Source: a virus (Duplodnaviria > Heunggongvirae > Uroviricota > Caudoviricetes). From it: 5,382 bases of DNA. Positions 1 to 5,382 of the stretch are shown here, one piece after another. The translations under genes and the position numbers were made by a program. The stretch is taken from the IMG/VR virus record IMGVR_UViG_2563366830_000003; one strand, 5' to 3'. How positions within the stretch are numbered: the stretch's first letter is position 1; every line of letters starts with the position of its first letter. The notes beneath the pieces were generated by a model. The model ran no database searches. It was not told the DNA's origin and saw only the letters and a list, made by a program, of their open reading frames with translations.

Positions 1-15
1 GAAAGGCTGGGCCAT
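1..15 (-). CDS. Probable 5' end of the next gene in the operon (continues beyond left edge); product unknown, by position a candidate large internal core/ejection protein
   Basis: ATG at 15..13 is preceded by GGAGGAG (23..17), and the frame reads M-A-Q-P-F to the window edge. Only 5 codons are visible, so this is tentative. Confidence 0.3.
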
Positions 16-16
16 A

Positions 17-23
17 CTCCTCC
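17..23 (-). promoter_or_regulatory. Shine-Dalgarno (GGAGGAG) for the putative downstream gene
   Basis: Minus-strand sequence is CTGCCGGAGGAGTATGGCC; the spacer to the ATG is short (1-3 nt depending on which G's pair). Confidence 0.3.
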
Positions 24-83
24 GGCAGAAGCAGAAAAAGCTTATTATGCTTCCATCGGAAACGATGATCTGGCAGCCTGAGT

Positions 84-1523
84 TCACAGATAAAATACTC
101 TCCAGGAAACCCGGGGCGGTTCATTCTGCATTTCTTCTTGCTGCTGAGAAGGAGGTAAATACTGAATTGCCTGGAATATTCTCGCGTTATCAATCGCTAT
201 ATCCAGTTGATTGATTATTTTATCTGCATTTTTTCCATACCCCCTGATGATAGTCTCCTGAGCCGGTATATAATCTGGAACCTCACCGTTATATAGCTGG
301 GCCATGGTGTTATTAATAGCTGGCTCAAGCTGTTCTAATATTAACTTCCTTTGCTTTTCTATCTGACTATTAGCAAGGTTATCTATTTGATAAATAGTCA
401 GCGGATCCATTCCAGTTTTATTTTTTCTATATCGGGAAAGCCACCCTTGTGTTTCTGATGGAAGATTTCGGATAAATTCTTCTTCTGATATTTCACCTTT
501 ACGCGGATCACCGACTTTGGCGATCAGTTTATCCACGTTACCCATCCCCCAGTTATATGCTGCTCCGGTCAATATTTCTGAGCCGTACTTACCATACAGT
601 TGATTTACATAGTCACTGGCAAGCATTTCATGCTGTTGTTCGTCCGTAGGGTTGTATTCAACGCCACGTTTGGCCGCCAGTTCTTTCCCTGTGCCCGGCA
701 TTAACTGGTATTTCCCCTGGGCCCTCTCTCCAGAAGATGTTTTCGGTCCTTCAAGAATACTACCATCAGGATTAAAGTGACGATCACCTGATTCAACAAG
801 GCGTATGGCACGCATGTCCATGCCTCCAGAATCATTTTTCTGAAACTGACCATTTAACCATCCTTCCGGGTTAGCAGCGGCATAATTCTTCGCCCGCATT
901 TCTGTGGCACTGCGATCATCACTTTCTATTTCTTCCAGAATGCGTTCTTGTGACCATCCCCTGGCTGCTCCATATCTGGCAATGGCTACCATTCTGGAAT
1001 TTCTGGCTAAAGTGGCAGTTTGCGGGTCATTCCAGGCATCCGCTTCATTTTGTATCCATAATTTTCTCGTTGCCTGATATTGCTCATCTTCATAGGCATT
1101 TGTCTGCCCTATCTCATGTCTGAGAACTCCAGTACTGAACTGAATTTTCTGTGTTCTGGCTTGTTGCAAAAACATATTTCTTGCTGCTTCATCAGTCAAT
1201 GAAGCAGCTATTTCTTCCACATCCTGATCAAATCCAGATATGTACTCTTGCCCCTTACCAATCGCATTTTTGCCTTGTTGTGCATAAAAACCGGTTTGAG
1301 GGTTATAAAGACGTTCATTGCTGCGCTGATTAAGCTGAAGGATGGCATCCTGAGACAATGCAACATTCGCTTTCTGCCTGGCTTCACCATATGCCACCGC
1401 ATACTGATCTGCGACATTCGCCAGCACCTGACCTGCTTGAGGAACATCGAAGATCTGAAAACCACCGGTTTGCACACCACGACTTTGCACCTGGCGTCCG
1501 GATGTAGTAGGAACAACAGGCAT
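84..1523 (-). CDS. Virion-associated lytic transglycosylase (SLT domain) protein, 479 aa; candidate peptidoglycan-degrading ejection protein
   Basis: ATG at 1523..1521 with AGGAGG at 1535..1530 (6-nt spacer) and a TGATG overlap with the upstream gene. All three family-1 lytic transglycosylase motifs are present in order: catalytic E-S in RLVESGDRHFNP (E244, + coords 792..794), GKYQLMPGT (690..716), and AAYNWG (546..563). Confidence 0.9.
   Translation of the reverse strand: MPVVPTTSGRQVQSRGVQTGGFQIFDVPQAGQVLANVADQYAVAYGEARQKANVALSQDAILQLNQRSNERLYNPQTGFYAQQGKNAIGKGQEYISGFDQDVEEIAASLTDEAARNMFLQQARTQKIQFSTGVLRHEIGQTNAYEDEQYQATRKLWIQNEADAWNDPQTATLARNSRMVAIARYGAARGWSQERILEEIESDDRSATEMRAKNYAAANPEGWLNGQFQKNDSGGMDMRAIRLVESGDRHFNPDGSILEGPKTSSGERAQGKYQLMPGTGKELAAKRGVEYNPTDEQQHEMLASDYVNQLYGKYGSEILTGAAYNWGMGNVDKLIAKVGDPRKGEISEEEFIRNLPSETQGWLSRYRKNKTGMDPLTIYQIDNLANSQIEKQRKLILEQLEPAINNTMAQLYNGEVPDYIPAQETIIRGYGKNADKIINQLDIAIDNARIFQAIQYLPPSQQQEEMQNEPPRVSWRVFYL
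516..818 (-). other. SLT / lysozyme-like catalytic domain within the 479-aa protein (about residues 236-336)
   Basis: Motif spacing ES-x4-NP ... G-x-YQLMPGT ... AYNWG matches the Slt70/MltE-type catalytic core. Domain boundaries are approximate. Confidence 0.8.
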
Positions 1524-2098
1524 CAGTAACCTCCTATTTTGAATCGGGAGTCAGAATTCATAAAACCTGAGTTAGATAACATTGGCGTCCCACCACTAGA
1601 TGTACTTCCTTTAGAGAACGGACTCCACGTCCCACCAAACATCTGGTACGCACCGTATGCCTTCAGAGGCGCGGTGAGCAATGTTGTTGCTGCTCCCACA
1701 TTCCCCTGTTTACGGGCTGAACTGGCTTCTGCTTTATAGTTGGCAGCCTGAACCTGATAACCGTAAGCCTCGCGTTGCGCGTTATTCACCGTCGTCAGCG
1801 AATCAAGAGCGCCAAACTGGGCAGTGTCGCCAAATATATCCAGCGCGTTACCTGTAGATAAATCAGCGCCGGTAGCCCCCATTGTCGCTGCCTGTGTACC
1901 AAGCCGCTGTCGGGTCTCTCTGCGCCGTTGCTCAGCTTCAGCGTTACCTCTGTTTATTGCATCATTTGCCTGAGCAGTGGCTATATCTGCGTTCGCTTCT
2001 GCAACCTTCGAGGCATACTTTCCCTGTTGGTACTGGGTGTATGCCTGAATGCCACTCATGGCGAGCATTGCGCCACCAGCAATAACCGGATCGCACAT
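1523..2098 (-). CDS. Internal virion / ejection protein B-like (T7 gp14-like), 191 aa, with N-terminal membrane segment
   Basis: ATG at 2098..2096 with GGAGAG 7 nt upstream, inside the 3' end of the preceding gene. The N-terminus MCDPVIAGGAMLAMSGIQAY is hydrophobic and resembles the MC-hydrophobic-SG.QA start I recall for T7 gp14. The rest is Ala/Gln/Gly/Thr/Asn-rich low-complexity sequence. Its TGA overlaps the next ATG. Confidence 0.8.
   Translation of the reverse strand: MCDPVIAGGAMLAMSGIQAYTQYQQGKYASKVAEANADIATAQANDAINRGNAEAEQRRRETRQRLGTQAATMGATGADLSTGNALDIFGDTAQFGALDSLTTVNNAQREAYGYQVQAANYKAEASSARKQGNVGAATTLLTAPLKAYGAYQMFGGTWSPFSKGSTSSGGTPMLSNSGFMNSDSRFKIGGY
1530..1535 (-). promoter_or_regulatory. 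Shine-Dalgarno (AGGAGG) for the SLT-protein gene, embedded in the 3' end of the upstream gene
   Basis: Minus-strand sequence is AAAATAGGAGGTTACTGATG; the SD lies 6 nt before the ATG and is encoded by the Gly-Gly-Tyr codons of the preceding protein, indicating translational coupling. Confidence 0.6.
2039..2089 (-). other. Predicted N-terminal transmembrane/hydrophobic helix of the gp14-like protein (about residues 4-20)
   Basis: The stretch VIAGGAMLAMSGIQAYT is uncharged and hydrophobic, and is followed by polar low-complexity sequence. Confidence 0.5.
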
Positions 2099-2562
2099 TA
2101 TTTTCTCTCCATGTGAAATCTGTGGAAATTAAGACCAAGAGCACCATAAGGCGCGGCTTCTTCAAGCCTGAATCCAAGCCAGTGCAGCCATGCTTTGGCA
2201 ACATGGTTTCGCTCGTCGACGTAGTTTTCCAGGCGCGGATAAACTGCCAGCATCTGCTGCAATACAGGGCGGCAGTGGCGAAGAAATGTCTTCTGATATT
2301 TTTCAATACGGCTGGTTCCTACCAGCCAGGGCGTACCATTGCCACCGATCATTGACGCCGGAGATACGCCAAACATGGTTACCAGTTCTCCGTTCGCAAA
2401 TCCTGACCAGGCCATAGTCGAAGTACGCAGACCAACACGCAGCGCATCTTCGGTAGTCATCAGTGATACCGCATACAGTTCGTCAATATCAGCCTGACGA
2501 ACATCCGGCAAAATCATCTGAAGATGCTCTTCGGTTGCGGGAATAATTTGAACATCGATCAT
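2098..2562 (-). CDS. Hypothetical virion protein in the gp13 (internal virion protein A) position, 154 aa; possible acyl/acetyltransferase-like fold (speculative)
   Basis: ATG at 2562..2560 overlaps the nozzle gene's TGA; its TAA at 2100..2098 overlaps the next ATG. The C-terminal segment NHVAKAWLHWLGFRLEE fits the loose N..A...Y/W...GF pattern seen at GNAT C-termini. No other motif was recognised. Confidence 0.75.
   Translation of the reverse strand: MIDVQIIPATEEHLQMILPDVRQADIDELYAVSLMTTEDALRVGLRTSTMAWSGFANGELVTMFGVSPASMIGGNGTPWLVGTSRIEKYQKTFLRHCRPVLQQMLAVYPRLENYVDERNHVAKAWLHWLGFRLEEAAPYGALGLNFHRFHMERK
2105..2110 (-). promoter_or_regulatory. Shine-Dalgarno (GGAGAG) for the gp14-like gene
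   Basis: Minus-strand sequence is CACATGGAGAGAAAATAATG, with a 7-nt spacer to the ATG at 2098..2096. Confidence 0.5.
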
Positions 2563-5033
2563 CAGAACCCACCAACAGTAAGGCGAGGAATAACGGCAAG
2601 AACAGACAGCGGCAACGGATCAAGCTGACGGATTTTTACACGTCCGTTTTTGCCCCAGTTACTGTCCAGTTTCACTTCTACTTTTCCGGTAGCATCATCA
2701 ACAGGATCATCGTAGAACTCGAATTCACGCTGTGGATATTCGTACCATTTACCGCCGGGCGTAGTCGCCCAGATGCCGCGACTGGCATTCACAACCAGAG
2801 TAACGGACGGGATCACCTGTTTTTTGTCCAGCAGCGTTTCCTGTCCGTTAATGTTGATATCCAGTGTTTCGAATTCAGCAGTTATTGGCAGGCCGATGTG
2901 CACTACAGCCCCCGGAGATTCCAGTGTGACGGCACCTCCGGAAACAACTTTCTGTGGCTCAACATTCGCATCAGAAAGAATGTTTACGGTCTGTCCTTCA
3001 AGATGAGACAGGCCTCCAAATGTCCGGCGCGCCATCTGCCAGTTCGTGGTGGCCGTATTCCTGAGGGATGGCGGGACGTTCCTGTTAGCACGAACCACTA
3101 CTGCGGTATTGCTGGTTACAGAAATAATGTCGCAACGTAATTCTTTTGACACCTCATCGCCAGTATCAGGATCAGTTCCGGTATAAGGGAACTGTAGTTG
3201 CGCGCCGACATCACTACTGGTGAAGTACGCACCACCAGAAACACTGATTGTATATTCCGCGCGGTAATCCCATTCGCCAGAACCACCAGTGATGATCATC
3301 GTTCTGTCAGACGTATTTCTTCCATCATAGCTAAGGCCAGAATCAACAAAGAAAGCATCTTCATCGCTGGTAAATAAACGGCTGGACAGTCGCTCGATGT
3401 ATCTCACTGTTTGCCCGTTAACGGTTCGGTTAACGACGAAATACACCGCATCTTCATTGCCTTCGCTGATACTGCATGTGCTTTCATATTTTCCGGTACT
3501 GGACTGTGGTGCCCATGCAAAAACCTGTTGATCACGCAAATAGGTCATCACCAGTAATTTACCGTCATCACGAATGCAGAAGGCGCTGGAGTAAGGGACA
3601 ATAGAGAAGCACCAGTCAACAATGCTGTGCTTCTGAAAAAGATGATTGGCAAGGATGGTCAGGTCGTTCCCCTGATAGCCGTCAACATCGAATGAGTAGG
3701 CCAGATCACGGACAACACTGCCTTTCTCCTGGACGAACAGAGCAATATTCGCCACGGCAATTGGTGGGACATTGCTCGAGCCATTTGATCCCTGAGAGCT
3801 GAATGCAAATGATGATGGGGTAAGCACTTTGTTCTGGTCGCCGGTGATGACGTACTCACCTCCGGAAGTCAGCGCCACCAGCGAACCGACATCAATCAGG
3901 TGGCGGATCTCATTAACCTGACGCCCGGCATAGGTGTAGATAATTCTGTCGTCATCCTGCGTAGGATTGCTTTTGCCAAAATCCTTATAATCCCCGGTAC
4001 GGCTGACCCAGATAGTCTGAGGGAACGCAGTCGATGCGGCGAAGTAAAGACGTTGTTGATAATAAACAACAGTGCCAGGATAACCATTAACACTGTTCCA
4101 GGCATATTTAGCCCATTTATAGCTGGCATTATCCTCGCCAACTACCTGCGAAGGGATATAGGAAATCACCTCGGCAGTTGCAGTAGTTCCATTTGCAGCA
4201 GTGATACGGGCAATGCCAAAACCACTGTGCAGATATTCCCACTCAATGCCAGTATCATCATCACCGGATCCGCCCCAGCCATCCCATGATGTGCCTTCTG
4301 TATGCGAAGGGCGCAAAGTGCCTGTTTTGCCTACTGTAACGGCGCGATAGTAGTTACTGTCTGCACGGCGAATATCGCCAATTGACGTACTCTTACTGGT
4401 TTCCCATACCGGCACAGAATCCACTGCAGGCTGTTCCAGATAGAACAATTTGCCTACCTGCTCCGCGCCAAAAATAGAGGCGCTTGCCGTTAACGTAATT
4501 GTCCCGGTGCTGGCGCTGGCATAAACCGTCACTGACTCGTCAATATTGATATCTTCAAATGGTCCGTTCTTCGTTACCACATCAACCAGTTGCCAGTTGT
4601 CATGCGCATAGCGACGCAACTCTTTCGGCGGGTATGCCGGATGAACAAGCGTAAGCACGTCGGCGCTTTGCGTGAATTTAATTCGGAACAGATCGGCTTC
4701 AGTATATGGCGTGGAAATTTCATAAATAACATTGCTGCTGTTCAGCACCAACGCACCATCTTTGATAACGCGCATGTACTGGTGTCCGAACTCCAGAGCA
4801 TAAGTCTGAACCGTCGAGAACTGGAACGGGATCAGGCGGCATTTCCGATTTGGGTATTTGGCGGCACCGACAAAACGCGTACCAGGTCGATTCTCAACTC
4901 CGCCATACTGCCGCACGATAAAGTTATCGCACTTGCGCAATGCCACCTGGTACTTCGCCATGTCAATACGACCGTACAACGACGGTCCAATCTCACCACC
5001 GGCAAAGCTGGGCTGGATCCAACTGATAGCCAT
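2562..5033 (-). CDS. Tail tubular protein B / nozzle-like protein (T7 gp12-like), 823 aa
   Basis: Long uninterrupted ORF with ATG at 5033..5031 overlapping the upstream stop (TGATG) and a GAGG about 9 nt upstream. The N-terminus MAISWIQPSFAGGEIGPS, and later segments such as GGLSHLEGQTVNIL and KLLVMTYLRDQQVFAWAP, resemble T7 gp12 as I recall it. The size is in the 790-830 aa range typical of podovirus nozzle proteins. Confidence 0.8.
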   Translation of the reverse strand: MAISWIQPSFAGGEIGPSLYGRIDMAKYQVALRKCDNFIVRQYGGVENRPGTRFVGAAKYPNRKCRLIPFQFSTVQTYALEFGHQYMRVIKDGALVLNSSNVIYEISTPYTEADLFRIKFTQSADVLTLVHPAYPPKELRRYAHDNWQLVDVVTKNGPFEDINIDESVTVYASASTGTITLTASASIFGAEQVGKLFYLEQPAVDSVPVWETSKSTSIGDIRRADSNYYRAVTVGKTGTLRPSHTEGTSWDGWGGSGDDDTGIEWEYLHSGFGIARITAANGTTATAEVISYIPSQVVGEDNASYKWAKYAWNSVNGYPGTVVYYQQRLYFAASTAFPQTIWVSRTGDYKDFGKSNPTQDDDRIIYTYAGRQVNEIRHLIDVGSLVALTSGGEYVITGDQNKVLTPSSFAFSSQGSNGSSNVPPIAVANIALFVQEKGSVVRDLAYSFDVDGYQGNDLTILANHLFQKHSIVDWCFSIVPYSSAFCIRDDGKLLVMTYLRDQQVFAWAPQSSTGKYESTCSISEGNEDAVYFVVNRTVNGQTVRYIERLSSRLFTSDEDAFFVDSGLSYDGRNTSDRTMIITGGSGEWDYRAEYTISVSGGAYFTSSDVGAQLQFPYTGTDPDTGDEVSKELRCDIISVTSNTAVVVRANRNVPPSLRNTATTNWQMARRTFGGLSHLEGQTVNILSDANVEPQKVVSGGAVTLESPGAVVHIGLPITAEFETLDININGQETLLDKKQVIPSVTLVVNASRGIWATTPGGKWYEYPQREFEFYDDPVDDATGKVEVKLDSNWGKNGRVKIRQLDPLPLSVLAVIPRLTVGGF

Positions 5034-5382
5034 CAGGACAACCTCGCAATGGTAAACTCGTCAACCGGTGGCAGTGGTTCCTGTGATTCATTCTGGCTAT
5101 GCGAGCCAGCACTAAGAATCACGCGATTGTACATATTGAGGGCAAACGTACCGAGGTCTGCATTCCCAGTCAGCGCCATGTTAATAGCTGCCGCAAGACG
5201 CCAGGCCAACGCCTCCATAAAAATGGCATCAAACATGTTCACATCTGTAACGCGAGAGACATACTTGAGCCATGCCTGAGGCTGGTCTGAACCGCCCCGG
5301 GAATCCTGGAGACTAAACTTCCTGAGAAAGAGGTAAACAGGATGACTAAAAATACTCGTTTTTCCCCCGAAGTCCGTCAACG
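5033..5382 (-). CDS. Partial CDS, 3' portion only (5' end beyond right edge); virion structural protein, by position a candidate head-tail adaptor / tail tubular protein A-like
   Basis: Reading frame is open from the window edge to a TGA at 5035..5033 that overlaps the ATG of the next gene. The leading 'M' in the ORF track is a TTG at the window edge, not a real start. Function is inferred only from position immediately upstream of the nozzle-like gene; I could not confirm a gp11-like motif. Confidence 0.5.
   Translation of the reverse strand, partial: LTDFGGKTSIFSHPVYLFLRKFSLQDSRGGSDQPQAWLKYVSRVTDVNMFDAIFMEALAWRLAAAINMALTGNADLGTFALNMYNRVILSAGSHSQNESQEPLPPVDEFTIARLS

Noticed and set aside
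25-60. Possible rho-independent terminator downstream of the SLT gene (minus strand AAGC-ATAATAA-GCTTTTT)
   Set aside because: The stem is only about 4 bp and AT-rich, too weak to call a terminator; the gene that follows appears to be co-transcribed.
16-83. Phage RNA polymerase promoter (T7 or SP6 consensus) or a sigma70 promoter in the spacer
   Set aside because: There is no match to TAATACGACTCACTATAG or the SP6 consensus on either strand. A CATAAT -10-like hexamer exists on the minus strand but has no acceptable -35 at 16-18 bp spacing.
1151-2417. Cluster of short + strand ORFs (1151..1333, 1248..1529, 1539..1739, 1882..2085, 1928..2116, 2113..2355, 2190..2417)
   Set aside because: All are antisense to the SLT, gp14-like and 154-aa genes, are short, and lack start-site signals.
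2773-3140. + strand ORFs 2773..3006 and 2898..3140
   Set aside because: Both are antisense to the nozzle gene with no RBS; the same applies to the + strand ORFs 4858..5055 and 5099..5290.
1208-4141. Minus-strand alternative-frame ORFs (1208..1516, 1962..2306, 3659..3859, 3896..4141)
   Set aside because: They are out of frame with, and nested inside, the long minus-strand genes, whose frames are supported by motifs and coupled starts. There is no evidence of programmed frameshifting such as a slippery heptamer with a downstream structure.
3900-4289. 129-aa + strand ORF inside the nozzle gene
   Set aside because: It is antisense to the 823-aa CDS, has no ribosome-binding site, and its sequence is low-complexity; there is no independent support.
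4590-5279. 229-aa + strand ORF spanning the junction of the nozzle gene and the upstream gene
   Set aside because: It lies entirely antisense to two well-supported minus-strand genes, has no Shine-Dalgarno, and its translation is Arg/Cys-rich with no recognisable motif, as expected for a chance antisense frame.
1-5382. CRISPR array, tRNA/rRNA, IS element or inverted-repeat termini
   Set aside because: No direct-repeat/spacer periodicity, no cloverleaf-like segments and no terminal inverted repeats were seen; the window is essentially continuous protein-coding sequence on one strand.
5033-5382. Assigning the partial upstream gene as T7 gp11 by sequence
   Set aside because: The only resemblance I could recall (an EPP-V motif near its C-terminus) does not sit in a colinear position with T7 gp11, so the adaptor call rests on gene order only and is given at low confidence.

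Overview
The window is almost entirely coding on the minus strand: five head-to-tail genes (one truncated at the right edge) joined by 4-nt stop/start overlaps, with a probable sixth starting at the left edge. I read it as a podovirus (T7-like) tail/DNA-ejection module: a partial upstream gene (possibly the adaptor), an 823-aa nozzle/tail tubular protein B-like protein, a 154-aa protein in the gp13 position, a 191-aa gp14-like protein with an N-terminal membrane segment, and a 479-aa protein with a clear lytic transglycosylase (SLT) domain. The T7 comparisons are from memory of the protein sequences and motif patterns, not from a search. I found no tRNA, rRNA, CRISPR, insertion sequence or defence-system signature, and no + strand ORF I would call real. 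The points worth follow-up are architectural: the SLT domain sits centrally in a short protein directly after the gp14-like gene, and the gp13-position protein has a faint acetyltransferase-like C-terminal pattern. Codon usage looks enterobacterial; the window cannot tell prophage from free phage genome.
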